Shown: piece by piece, positions 11,624 to 22,328 of the stretch
Layout of the letters: each line of letters opens with the position of its first letter
Position numbering within the stretch: the stretch's first letter is position 1
Origin: Bdellovibrionota bacterium
GTDB taxonomy: Bacteria; Bdellovibrionota_C; UBA2361; JBIKWN01
Reading direction: 5' to 3'
DNA: 64,000 nt
NCBI GenBank assembly: GCA_044356295.1
Contig: JBIKWN010000003.1
Coordinates: forward strand, 16,655 to 80,654
Made by a program: the position numbers and the translations under genes
Notes under the pieces: generated by a model
What the model saw: only the letters and a program-made list of their open reading frames with translations
What the model was told of the DNA's origin: nothing
The model's database searches: none

Positions 11624-11644
11624 ATAAAAAAGAACTCCTTCACG

Positions 11645-13240
11645 CTAAATTTTTACTAATCGATGAATTGTAGAAAACAAATCTGGATAAGATATAGGTT
11701 TTCCTAAAATCTCATCGATACCAGCAGCAATATACCTTTCCTTATCTTGTTCAAATACGTTAGCAGTTAAAGCTATAATTGGCACTAAAGAATCTTTTTC
11801 ATTCATTATTTTTCTTAAATGAATAGCTGCTTGCTCTCCTCCCATAACTGGCATTTGAATATCAAGTAGAATGCATTGAATATTACTTGTCTTAAATGCA
11901 TCGATTGCTTCTTGTCCATTATTTGCAACAGTAACAATACAACCGGATTTTTCAAGTATTCTTTTAATTGCCTGCTGATTAACGAGGTTATCCTCAGCGA
12001 GTAACACGGGTAAATTTTCAAACCCAATTTCATTAATTAACTGCTCTTTTGATGTCTTGATATACTTATCAGAAGTTTGGTATGGAAGAGAAATATGGAA
12101 GGTAGAGCCAATTCCTTCAATACTTTTGACCCATACCGATCCGGACATTAATTCACAAAGTTTTTTAACAATGGTAAGTCCAAGCCCAGTTCCGCCGTAC
12201 TTTCTTGTCGTAGAGGTATCAGACTGGCTAAAACTTTCAAATATTTTTTCGAATTTTGAAGGATGAATACCTATACCTGTATCACTTATAGAAAGATGGA
12301 TTCCTTGTTCTATACCATCCACCATTTCGGGTTCAACTAATACCGAAACGCCTCTTTTATTAGGACTGAACTTAATTGCATTTGATAGTATGTTTGAAAG
12401 TATTTGTTGGTAACGAATCTTATCTCCAACATATTTTGTATTGCCACATTGATATGTAAGAATTACTTCGACTTCTTTTTCTTGTGCAACTATTTTCAAA
12501 AGCTCTACGATTTCTTCTGTTGCAGATTTTACGTTGAAAGGGGCCTTCTCTATAACCATCCGACCTGCTTCAATTTTAGAAAAATCAAGTACGTCATTAA
12601 TGATAGTTCTGAGTGAATGTGCGCAACTTTGGATTGTCCTTAGATCGTGCTCTTGCTCTTCGGTTAACTCAGAATAAAGCAGTAACTCAATATAACTCAC
12701 TATTCCACTGAGCGGTGTTCTTATTTCATGACTCATATTTGCCAGAAAGTGCGATTTCATCTCAGATGCTCGCTCGGCAATTGCAAGTGTTTTTGAAAGT
12801 TCTTCAGTTCTGGATTTTACCTCTTCATCGAGTTTAGCATTTCTTTTAAACAAACTTTTTTGTGCTTCTATTATACGCTCACCGGCGCGAAGTCTTACTT
12901 TGAGCACTTCAACATCAAAAGGCTTTGTAATGAAATCATCTGCACCTGCATCAAAGCCCTGAACCATACATTGTTTTTCAGCATTACTCGTAAGAATAAT
13001 ACCGTAAAATGGATGTTGTTGTCCGAGAGGAAGGGTGCGTTGTTCTCTGATGATATCAACCCCTGTCTTGTGGGGCATATTCCAATCAAGGATTGCGATA
13101 TCTATTTCTTGATTTTGCTCTAAGAGTAATTGAGCTTGTCTCCCGTCTGATGCAACAAGTACTTCATGCCCCCATCTAACCATGAGGCGCTCAAGCACCT
13201 TGGTCACTGTCTTATCATCATCAGCGATTAGAATTTTCAA
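11645..13240 (-). CDS. Hybrid sensor kinase (receiver-HisKA-HATPase-receiver)
   Basis: H-box SHEIRTPLSGI; G boxes DTGIGI and GGTGLGLTIV; receivers at both ends. The ORF track starts at a TTG at 13264. I prefer the TTG at 13240 (MKILIADDD...) because GGAGG lies 9 nt upstream. Confidence 0.85.
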   Translation of the reverse strand: MKILIADDDKTVTKVLERLMVRWGHEVLVASDGRQAQLLLEQNQEIDIAILDWNMPHKTGVDIIREQRTLPLGQQHPFYGIILTSNAEKQCMVQGFDAGADDFITKPFDVEVLKVRLRAGERIIEAQKSLFKRNAKLDEEVKSRTEELSKTLAIAERASEMKSHFLANMSHEIRTPLSGIVSYIELLLYSELTEEQEHDLRTIQSCAHSLRTIINDVLDFSKIEAGRMVIEKAPFNVKSATEEIVELLKIVAQEKEVEVILTYQCGNTKYVGDKIRYQQILSNILSNAIKFSPNKRGVSVLVEPEMVDGIEQGIHLSISDTGIGIHPSKFEKIFESFSQSDTSTTRKYGGTGLGLTIVKKLCELMSGSVWVKSIEGIGSTFHISLPYQTSDKYIKTSKEQLINEIGFENLPVLLAEDNLVNQQAIKRILEKSGCIVTVANNGQEAIDAFKTSNIQCILLDIQMPVMGGEQAAIHLRKIMNEKDSLVPIIALTANVFEQDKERYIAAGIDEILGKPISYPDLFSTIHRLVKI

Positions 13241-13384
13241 CGTTTCGTAGCCTCCAGAGAACAATGGTCGGCAAAGTTTAAAAATAACTTGATATGCTAC
13301 TAACTATTGGTATTTAAAGGGAGAATTACGGATTTTTTCTGGGTGATACTCACTACTGTCCGGTAGAAAATAACTGAAAAAGTT

Positions 13385-13455
13385 TTTAGTAACGCGAAGG
13401 TCGCGAAGTACGCGAAGGATCTAATTAAATCCTTCGCGTACTTAACGTTACTAAA
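13385..13455 (-). terminator. Compound GC-rich hairpin downstream of lptB (candidate intrinsic terminator)
   Basis: Perfect 15-bp inner stem AAGTACGCGAAGGAT (13406-13420) / ATCCTTCGCGTACTT (13429-13443) with an 8-nt loop. Outer 10-bp stem at 13385-13394 / 13446-13455. On the minus strand it is followed by AAAAACTTTTT. Confidence 0.45.
13392..13418. repeat. Three tandem 9-bp units (ACGCGAAGG TCGCGAAGT ACGCGAAGG)
   Basis: Read directly from the sequence. The third unit forms the left arm of the hairpin. It is a GC-rich motif inside an AT-rich spacer. Confidence 0.9.
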
Positions 13456-13560
13456 TTTAAATGGAAAAAATATTAAATCTTTATTTAGTCGTAATTTTGC
13501 AATTACTTAAAGCATATATGTAGGCTTCTTACCGGACAGCTACGGGGCGATATTATCAAA

Positions 13561-14289
13561 CTATGACAGAGAAAAATCATCTCCTAAATAGTACCTTCTA
13601 GCTTTTTCAGAGTGGGCTATATGATTTGGATCTCCAGCTTCAAGAACCTCTCCATCAACAAGAATATATGCACGGTCACAAATATGGAGTGTCTCACGTA
13701 CGTTATGGTCAGTAATTAAAACACCAATACCGTGATCCTTTAAAGCACTGATAATAAATTGAATATCTTTAATAGCAATCGGATCAATGCCTGCAAACGG
13801 CTCATCTAACAACATAAAAACAGGATCACGAGCAAGGGCCCGTGTTATTTCAACTCTTCTTCTTTCACCACCTGACAGAGCGCTGGCAATACTATTTTCA
13901 ATGTGGTTAAGCCCAAGACTAGTAAGCAACTCTTGAAGTCGCTCTTCTCTTGCATCATTATTTTCAAAAGGCATTGTCTCGAGAATCGCCATAATATTAT
14001 CTCGAACAGAGAGCTTTCGAAAAACTGATGCCTCCTGCGGGAGATAACCAATCCCTTGTTTCGCTCTTTCAAACATTGGGAGATCCGTAATATTTTGACC
14101 ATCAAAAACAACAGCGCCTGATTCTGGGGCAACAAGACCTACACACATATAAAACGTTGTAGTCTTTCCAGCACCATTGGGACCGAGCAGTCCAACAACT
14201 TCGCCAGAACGGACGCCGACTGAAACGCCTTTTACTACGGTTCTTCCACCGTATATTTTTTTAACGTCGAGGGTTTCAAGAGTATGCAT
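13561..14289 (-). CDS. lptB: LPS export ABC transporter ATP-binding protein LptB
   Basis: Walker A GPNGAGKTTTF, signature LSGGERRR, Walker B MLLDEPFAG. From the ATG at 14289 (MHTLETLDVKKIYGG) it is colinear with typical LptB N-termini. The ORF-track TTG at 14301 is an alternative start. Confidence 0.92.
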   Translation of the reverse strand: MHTLETLDVKKIYGGRTVVKGVSVGVRSGEVVGLLGPNGAGKTTTFYMCVGLVAPESGAVVFDGQNITDLPMFERAKQGIGYLPQEASVFRKLSVRDNIMAILETMPFENNDAREERLQELLTSLGLNHIENSIASALSGGERRRVEITRALARDPVFMLLDEPFAGIDPIAIKDIQFIISALKDHGIGVLITDHNVRETLHICDRAYILVDGEVLEAGDPNHIAHSEKARRYYLGDDFSLS

Positions 14290-14336
14290 AGATTTGAACA
14301 ATCATTATTCGATTTCTGTCCTTACTATGCAAGAAG

Positions 14337-14344
14337 CCCCCCCC
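14337..14344. repeat. Homopolymeric C8 tract (G8 on the coding strand) upstream of lptB
   Basis: Eight consecutive C at 14337-14344, 48 nt upstream of the lptB ATG. The surrounding spacer is otherwise AT-rich. Confidence 0.95.
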
Positions 14345-14371
14345 ATACTTACGTTAAGAATAAATCACCCC

Positions 14372-14401
14372 GTGAACCTGACCGTGAGCATGAGCATGAG
14401 C
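14372..14401. repeat. Hexamer-periodic array GTGAAC CTGACC GTGAGC ATGAGC ATGAGC
   Basis: Five consecutive NTGANC hexamers read directly from the sequence. A related 4-unit array lies at 58843-58866. Confidence 0.85.
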
Positions 14402-14445
14402 GATTTTTCTAAGATCATCCCTTAACAGCACCAATCGGATTTAGT

Positions 14446-15261
14446 TTAAAATACAAATTCATGTAAAGCTTGAGTCACCCCATTCTGCTCAACAGACGGA
14501 GCAATATAATCCGCCGCTTCTTTTACAAAAAGAGGAGCCCCATCCATAGCTACTCCAATACCTGCATTTTTAATAAAAATTAAGTCAGATTCACTATCAC
14601 CAAAACTCATTGTTTGTTCCGCAGATACATTTTCTAATTCAAGAATACGCTGGAATGTTGTTGCTCTATCTACAGCTGTAATATTTACAAAATAAAGTCC
14701 AGGATGTTTTGAACCTGAAGCAGTCCCTATATGAAACAATGGAAATTCTTTCAGAATATGTCTAAGCCTTTGGAGATCAGATTCAGTATCGACCATTACA
14801 ACAAACTTTATTGGAACCTGTTCCTGTTGGTTTGGAAATAATGGATTCTCAACAACAAGCGGAGCATTTTTCATGTACTGTGCATGAATAGCGACGAATC
14901 GATGATCCGCAAGAATAAAGGTACCTTGAGGAGTATATGATTCAACGTAGAATCCTTCTTTATGAAGCAGATTCCACAATTCCTTTGTATAATCTTTTGG
15001 AAGAGGGAATGATTGAACAATTCTATTTTCTTTTGGATGAAAAATAATACTTCCAGCAAAAAGAGATGAATGAGCCGTAAATTCAATCTCATTCTGAATT
15101 TTCTCAATTCCTTCTATTGATCGTCCACTTGCAAACGCAATTTTTATTCCAAGCTCCTTTAGAGCACATAGTGATTTCTTGTCGGTCTCAGAGATTTTAC
15201 CGGATGAACCAATAAGAGTGCCGTCTAGGTCAAAAAAAATAAGTTTTATGTTATTCTTCAT
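14446..15261 (-). CDS. HAD-superfamily phosphatase, Cof-type (subfamily IIB)
   Basis: 271-aa ORF. Motif I FFDLDGTL, motif II ASGR, C-terminal GDSESD. The cap-domain length is typical of Cof/YbiV-type enzymes. An ATGA overlap couples it to the lptA stop. Confidence 0.8.
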   Translation of the reverse strand: MKNNIKLIFFDLDGTLIGSSGKISETDKKSLCALKELGIKIAFASGRSIEGIEKIQNEIEFTAHSSLFAGSIIFHPKENRIVQSFPLPKDYTKELWNLLHKEGFYVESYTPQGTFILADHRFVAIHAQYMKNAPLVVENPLFPNQQEQVPIKFVVMVDTESDLQRLRHILKEFPLFHIGTASGSKHPGLYFVNITAVDRATTFQRILELENVSAEQTMSFGDSESDLIFIKNAGIGVAMDGAPLFVKEAADYIAPSVEQNGVTQALHEFVF

Positions 15262-15908
15262 TGTTGACCAAGTTTTCTGACGCCAGGTATTGTCGTTGCG
15301 GTAAGAGTTGGGGACGGTGTTACTAAAGGAGCGCTAGGAATCACAGTGCTTACACTCACTGGCGCACCTGGAGCCGGAGTTTTTTCATTGATTACGGTGA
15401 CACTGACATCTCCTTCAGCAATACTTCTATCTTCATTCAAAAACATCTTTACAATATCCGCTTGGAGAATACTTCCATTTTGTTCTAGTTTTGGATTTTC
15501 AGTCATTGTTATTACTGCAGTAGCAGTCTCATAGACACCGCGCTCAGAAGAAGCTTTCATGGTTGCCCCTTTAACGACGACAACATTTTTAAGAGCAATC
15601 ATTTTTTCAATTTGATTATTCTCATTGTAGTATCCTTCTAATTCATCACAGGAAAGCGTCATATCTCCCTGCTTTGCGACAACATTAGTGCGATAATAAA
15701 AAACACGCTTCACTGAATTTACCTCCAAAGACTTAGAAGTAATAAACGTAGGTAGTTTGCCAAAGCTCTTATCGTTGAAAGCTCCCCCAAGAGTGCCCTC
15801 TTTTGCGTTTTTTTGCTGAGCATGAGAAGGCGGACATATTCCTATAACAATAGAAAACAGAAAATTCAAACCAATAAAAAATGTATGGATCGTTTTATTT
15901 TTTTTCAT
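15258..15908 (-). CDS. lptA: LPS transport periplasmic protein LptA (OstA-N family)
   Basis: Signal peptide after the ATG at 15908 (MKKNKTIHTFFIGLNFLF..). OstA-like beta-jellyroll pattern (ITSKSLEVN...VVAKQGDMTLSCDEL...). Sits between lptC and lptB. Pro/Thr-rich C-terminal tail. Confidence 0.8.
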   Translation of the reverse strand: MKKNKTIHTFFIGLNFLFSIVIGICPPSHAQQKNAKEGTLGGAFNDKSFGKLPTFITSKSLEVNSVKRVFYYRTNVVAKQGDMTLSCDELEGYYNENNQIEKMIALKNVVVVKGATMKASSERGVYETATAVITMTENPKLEQNGSILQADIVKMFLNEDRSIAEGDVSVTVINEKTPAPGAPVSVSTVIPSAPLVTPSPTLTATTIPGVRKLGQQ

Positions 15909-16506
15909 TTTTCTTAGGTCCTTTTGCTTGAAGTATCGTGCTGACATCTTTGAAGAGTTTAAAGTTTTTTAGCGCAGTATTTCCATCCAGACCAACACCT
16001 GAAAGCTCCATCTCAGGTGAAATAATTTTTACTGGATCTTCAGTTTCAATCCGGTCAGTTTCCTTATTATACATCAAGGAATCGGTATAAAGCGTTGCGC
16101 TCTTTTCTCGTGAGTGAATAACAACATTTCCACGAGCATCAATCTTATTTAAATCATTACCCGTGAGTGTTACGAGAGCTTGATCAGCATTTAAGATGAT
16201 CGTATCTGTTTCTTTCAATAAATGTACTTCCGTTTCTTGTAATTCGGCGAGCCCTGTTGTTGTATTGAATTTTCCAACTTTAGCAGTTATTTCCCATATT
16301 TTTTTACCATTTTTAACCTCACTTTTCTTAAATGCTCCAAACACTACTGAAGCATCTATAGAACCGTCTTTATTTTTTAATAGTTCAATAGATGGAATCG
16401 AAGATATTCCTCCACGCTTTGAACCAACAACCAGAGCTAGTCCAATTGCTAGAAATACAATAGCAAAAGCGAGTATTCGACTATGTTTTTTTTTAAGCCT
16501 TAGCAC
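15895..16506 (-). CDS. lptC: LPS export protein LptC
   Basis: 203-aa ORF. Single N-terminal TM (ILAFAIVFLAIGLALVV) followed by an LptC-like beta-rich domain. Position is kdsA-lptC-lptA, with overlaps to both neighbours. Confidence 0.75.
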   Translation of the reverse strand: MLRLKKKHSRILAFAIVFLAIGLALVVGSKRGGISSIPSIELLKNKDGSIDASVVFGAFKKSEVKNGKKIWEITAKVGKFNTTTGLAELQETEVHLLKETDTIILNADQALVTLTGNDLNKIDARGNVVIHSREKSATLYTDSLMYNKETDRIETEDPVKIISPEMELSGVGLDGNTALKNFKLFKDVSTILQAKGPKKNEKK

Positions 16507-17296
16507 GAAGTACTGCCTCTAGAAGGGGCTCCATATCATGAAGATGAACCATATTTGGTCCATCGGAAGGTGCTTTATCAGGATCTGGGTGACATTCGAT
16601 AAATAATCCATCGACTCCGATTGCTGCAGCAGCTTTTGATAGAGGCAAAACATACTCCCTATTCCCTGAAGAACTTCCACCACTACCACCCATTGATTGA
16701 ACACTATGGGTTGCATCAAAGATAACTGGAAATCCAGATTCTTTCATGATTAACATACCGCGAAAATCGACAACTAAATCACGGTAGCCAAAGCAGCTAC
16801 CACGTTCGCAAAGAAAAATATTTTGGTTTCCAGTTGAAGCAACTTTTTCAGCGGCATATTTCATGTCAGCAGGATGGAGGAATTGCCCTTTTTTTATATT
16901 GATTGCTTTTTTTGTTTTTCCAGCAGCAATTAAGAGATCTGTTTGACGACAAAGAAACGCTGGTATTTGTATTACATCAACAACTTCACCAGCAATACTT
17001 GCTTCTTCTTCAGTGTGGATATCGGTAACGATTGGAACGTGAAAAGCAGCTCGGATTTCTTGCAAAATTCTTAAACCCTCTTCAATTCCAAAGCCTCTAC
17101 TACCACGTAAGCTCGTTCTATTTGCTTTGTCATAGGAGCTTTTGAAAGCAAAATTAATTTTTAGTTTCTCTGAAGTTTTTTTCAGAGATTCGCAAACTTT
17201 CATCGAAAGATCACGAGATTCTAGCTGGCAAGGACCAGCAATTAAAAAAAGAGGAGAATTTTCTTCAACTTGAAAGAAAGAACCAACAGCAACCAT
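16493..17296 (-). CDS. kdsA: 3-deoxy-8-phosphooctulonate (Kdo-8-P) synthase KdsA
   Basis: 267-aa ORF. LIAGPCQLES, KSSYDKANRTS, IFDATHSVQ and HPDPDKAPSDGPN are typical KdsA/DAHP-synthase-I blocks. Confidence 0.93.
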   Translation of the reverse strand: MVAVGSFFQVEENSPLFLIAGPCQLESRDLSMKVCESLKKTSEKLKINFAFKSSYDKANRTSLRGSRGFGIEEGLRILQEIRAAFHVPIVTDIHTEEEASIAGEVVDVIQIPAFLCRQTDLLIAAGKTKKAINIKKGQFLHPADMKYAAEKVASTGNQNIFLCERGSCFGYRDLVVDFRGMLIMKESGFPVIFDATHSVQSMGGSGGSSSGNREYVLPLSKAAAAIGVDGLFIECHPDPDKAPSDGPNMVHLHDMEPLLEAVLRAKA

Positions 17297-17308
17297 ACGT
17301 ATGGTAGT

Positions 17309-19030
<1,722 letters not shown>

Positions 19031-19190
19031 TTATGTGCCGGAAGATGGCGTTCCATCGAAATGCAACGCAGGTTTCTCAGAGTATAGCGAAGTTTGCAAC
19101 GTTAAGGCAGAGGGGAAAGAATTAAAAAAAATATAATTTTTTGGATTCTAGTAAATTCAGATAGTTACCAAATTGGTGGGTCAATCATTT

Positions 19191-19952
19191 TTACGATCTT
19201 GCAATTGCGACTGCAGCTTCTAAGTCTGCAAGAGTATCAACTTCAATTTGAGGTTCCATTTCTTGGCGCTCAATTATAGCAGCTTTAATCTGGACTCCAT
19301 TTGCTAGCATACGAAGCTGCTCGAGCCCTTCCCGCTTCTCTGCGACGGCTTCTTTAAAAGTACTCATCTTAAGAAGTATTTCTGGGCGAAAAACATATAA
19401 ACCAATATGTTTATATCCAAAAGGTTGATTATCAATAGGAGCATTTCTTGGATATGGTATTGGAGCTCTTGAGAAGTAGAGCGCTCTTGAGTCTTCTCCA
19501 ATGACAGCTTTAACTACTGAATCTCTTCGAAACTCTTGCTCTTCGTGAATTGGTGTAACAATAGTAGCCATCCCAATTGATGCCTCGCTTTTTTCAAGAA
19601 TAATAAAAGCTTTCTCAATAATTGAAGGTTTAATAAAAGGCATGTCACCCTGCACGTTAGCTATAAGATCATAAAACTGACCTTGCCTTTGAAATTGCGA
19701 AACTACCTCCGCAACTCGGTCGCTTCCTGTAAGACAATGTGGTGAAGTTTCGATTACTTCTGCCCCAAATGTTTTACATGCGTTTAGAATCTCTGGACTA
19801 TCAGTTGCAATAACAACACGATTAACTCCCTTAGCTTGCATTGCTTGCCCGTACACCCTTTCAATAAGAGTTTTTCCAGCAATATCTTTGAGTGGTTTTC
19901 CAGGCAGTCTTTGACTACTCATTCGAGCAGGTATAACAATTAATTTTTGCAT
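19191..19952 (-). CDS. kdsB: 3-deoxy-manno-octulosonate cytidylyltransferase KdsB
   Basis: 253-aa ORF. N-terminal IPARMSSQRLPGKPL, NVQGDMP, and a size typical of CMP-Kdo synthetase. Confidence 0.92.
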   Translation of the reverse strand: MQKLIVIPARMSSQRLPGKPLKDIAGKTLIERVYGQAMQAKGVNRVVIATDSPEILNACKTFGAEVIETSPHCLTGSDRVAEVVSQFQRQGQFYDLIANVQGDMPFIKPSIIEKAFIILEKSEASIGMATIVTPIHEEQEFRRDSVVKAVIGEDSRALYFSRAPIPYPRNAPIDNQPFGYKHIGLYVFRPEILLKMSTFKEAVAEKREGLEQLRMLANGVQIKAAIIERQEMEPQIEVDTLADLEAAVAIARS

Positions 19953-19956
19953 ACTG

Positions 19957-20742
19957 TTATTTTTGCTTACTTAAAAATATTCTCGTCCGACGGGATCCAA
20001 CTGAAAGTGCTTTAAATAAAAAACCACGAAATAACATAAACCAAATAAAAGCGATTAGTCCAAGGAGGTAACTCAGTATGGTCGAGAATATGGAACCACC
20101 AAAAAACATTGTAGAAAATATCTTAACTGATTGAAAAATTACAGTAGCAGGAAGTAGTTCATCCATTTTTGCAAGAAGAATCAATAAAATGTCCGAAGAG
20201 ACAGTGAGCCAAGGAATCATAAAAAGAAAAAATGGAAAAAACCATTCAATCCAATTTTCACGTGTAAATTGCGCGGCATCTTTGATTGCTTCAACTCCAT
20301 CGGATCTGCCAAGATAAAGAACTTCAGGTAGTGCATTACAAACCAGAACTAATCCAAGTTGCATTACTAAAAACAACCCTTCATGACCCGAAGCCTGAAT
20401 AAAAATTGATAACACAAACTTTGCTAAGAACAATACAAATCCAGTATTGATGATTGACGAGAAGAGCATCCCATCGAGCTGATATAATCCTCTCCATACG
20501 AGTCGCTCGTTTGATACGGCATCTCGAAGCCAACAATAAGCAACAGAGATAAAAAAAAGTTGAACGAGCCCAACTACCATTCCGCCAAAAAAACCTCCTG
20601 AAGACAAAAGCCTCATTGAGAAATTATAAACTATAAAAGATAAAGCAGTTCCTAGAATAAGGACTGGATTTCGATAAAGCGCAATCGAAGCATCTCGTGC
20701 GGCTTCAAGGTATAACCGGTAAAATGAACGTAAAACTTCCAT
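19957..20742 (-). CDS. Polytopic inner-membrane protein of unknown function
   Basis: 261-aa ORF with several long hydrophobic segments. Packed between pcnB and kdsB with 4-6 nt gaps. No motif recognised. Confidence 0.6.
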   Translation of the reverse strand: MEVLRSFYRLYLEAARDASIALYRNPVLILGTALSFIVYNFSMRLLSSGGFFGGMVVGLVQLFFISVAYCWLRDAVSNERLVWRGLYQLDGMLFSSIINTGFVLFLAKFVLSIFIQASGHEGLFLVMQLGLVLVCNALPEVLYLGRSDGVEAIKDAAQFTRENWIEWFFPFFLFMIPWLTVSSDILLILLAKMDELLPATVIFQSVKIFSTMFFGGSIFSTILSYLLGLIAFIWFMLFRGFLFKALSVGSRRTRIFLSKQK

Positions 20743-20748
20743 AAGCGA

Positions 20749-21987
20749 TTACGATCCTTTTTTCTTTTTTCCACCTTTTTCACGAGAAGGTTTTTTTGTT
20801 TTTCTTCTGAGCCAATCTGCAGCATCTTCGCCAAGCATTATAGAGAACAAAGAAATTAACTCTTCAATGTCAACATGTCGGGAAAGTCGAAGCGGCTCAT
20901 TATTTTCGTGAGCAGCAAGTGTCGATTGGTACGCATCGCAAAGATCTTCAATGCGCTCCCTTTCCTTTCGAGGAACGAGTAGTGGCTCAAATGCATATCG
21001 AATAAGCTCACCGATATCATATTCGCCTTGTTCTTGGCGACGGCCAACCATTGAATCATCAATAATTCGAGGTTCAAGATGAAGGAAAATAACTGTTAAC
21101 GGGATTGTTGCAGTTACTTCAATGCCAAAGCGGACCATAGTATCGATTCGTTCTAAACAGATCGGAAGATGCATACCATCTTCAAGCAGCCCAACTCCTA
21201 AATTACAAAACTTTGGAAGAAGCAGCGGTAACAGCCCACTATCAGAAAGCTTCCGTAATGTTTCGAGAACATATCCTGAAATAAGATCTTTTTTGAATTC
21301 CTCATATACTCTGACCTGAGAAGCTTGCTTCAAGAGCTCTCGATTATCTTGGAGAACAGAATAACATTCAGAGTCAATAATAAAACCTGTTCGCGCGGCA
21401 TGTCTTACAACACGTAACATTCGAACTGGATCCTCAATAAATCTTTTAAGAGGATCTCCGATTACTCTTACTATTTTGTCCTTAAGGTCTTTAAAACCTC
21501 CAACATAATCTATGATGGAATAATCTGAGACATCATAAAAAAGAGCATTGATCGTAAGATCTCGGCGTCGTGCATCAGTTTCGGAAGTACCGTAAAAGTT
21601 ATCATGAGCTGTGTGACTTTGAATATCTTCTTCAGCAGTCTCTTCGCCAAGCGGTGTGTTATCTCTAAAAGTTGAGACTTCAATATATTTTAAACTCGGG
21701 AAAAAAATATGTACTAATTTAAATCGTCTGCCAATGATTCGGCTATTTCGAAAGAGTGCCTTTACTTGACGAGGTGTCGCATCAGTTGCGATATCGAAGT
21801 CTTTGGGCTTTTTACCTAACAAGACATCTCTAACACCTCCACCGACGAGGTACGCTTTATAACCATTTCTCGAGAGACGATACATTATCTTGAGAGCATC
21901 TGGATCGATGAAATTTCTCGAGAGTGTATGCAAGTCTCGTGTATAAATAACTGGGGCACCAGATTGACCCTGAGCGGATACTTCCAT
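20749..21987 (-). CDS. pcnB: Poly(A) polymerase I PcnB
   Basis: 412-aa ORF. The head domain GGGVRDVLLGKKPKDFDIAT..RRFKLVHI closely matches the PcnB N-terminal pattern. Basic C-terminal tail. Confidence 0.88.
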   Translation of the reverse strand: MEVSAQGQSGAPVIYTRDLHTLSRNFIDPDALKIMYRLSRNGYKAYLVGGGVRDVLLGKKPKDFDIATDATPRQVKALFRNSRIIGRRFKLVHIFFPSLKYIEVSTFRDNTPLGEETAEEDIQSHTAHDNFYGTSETDARRRDLTINALFYDVSDYSIIDYVGGFKDLKDKIVRVIGDPLKRFIEDPVRMLRVVRHAARTGFIIDSECYSVLQDNRELLKQASQVRVYEEFKKDLISGYVLETLRKLSDSGLLPLLLPKFCNLGVGLLEDGMHLPICLERIDTMVRFGIEVTATIPLTVIFLHLEPRIIDDSMVGRRQEQGEYDIGELIRYAFEPLLVPRKERERIEDLCDAYQSTLAAHENNEPLRLSRHVDIEELISLFSIMLGEDAADWLRRKTKKPSREKGGKKKKGS

Positions 21988-22328
21988 AGGAGAAGACTTT
22001 ACGCAGGAATGGTGGTTTCTTCAATGATCGGAGCCTTTACTCGATAAAAAACTACGAAAAATTCATACAAAAAAGCAAAGAAAGCTATCAGAGCGAATTA
22101 AAGCCAATCATCACTCGGTAAAAGATTCCAATCAGCAAAATTGAACTAAAAAAATTAGTCTCTTTGAAACAGTAAAAAAACCAGAAAAACGGCCTATTTA
22201 TACAAACTGCGTTATTTTTATTATTTTTTCTCTCTAATCGTTAAGTAAAAAAGCCACCAAGCCGAACTCTCTTTTGTGTGGAAAATTCGGCGAACTTAAA
22301 GCCGGATTTATTTTAAAGGGGCAATATC

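Noticed and set aside
14360-14440. Reading the hexamer array on the minus strand as a small His/Ala-rich peptide (..IAHAHAHGQVHGVIYS*).
   Set aside because: Only TTG or GTG starts are available, and there is no SD. The equivalent frame in the second copy (58843-58866) is broken by a TAG. Conservation is therefore at the nucleotide level, not the peptide level.
22261-22291. Hairpin GCCGAA...TTCGGC upstream of the 72-aa ORF, considered as a terminator or attenuator.
   Set aside because: The stem is only 6 bp with a 19-nt loop and no following T-run. It is no stronger than what chance would produce.
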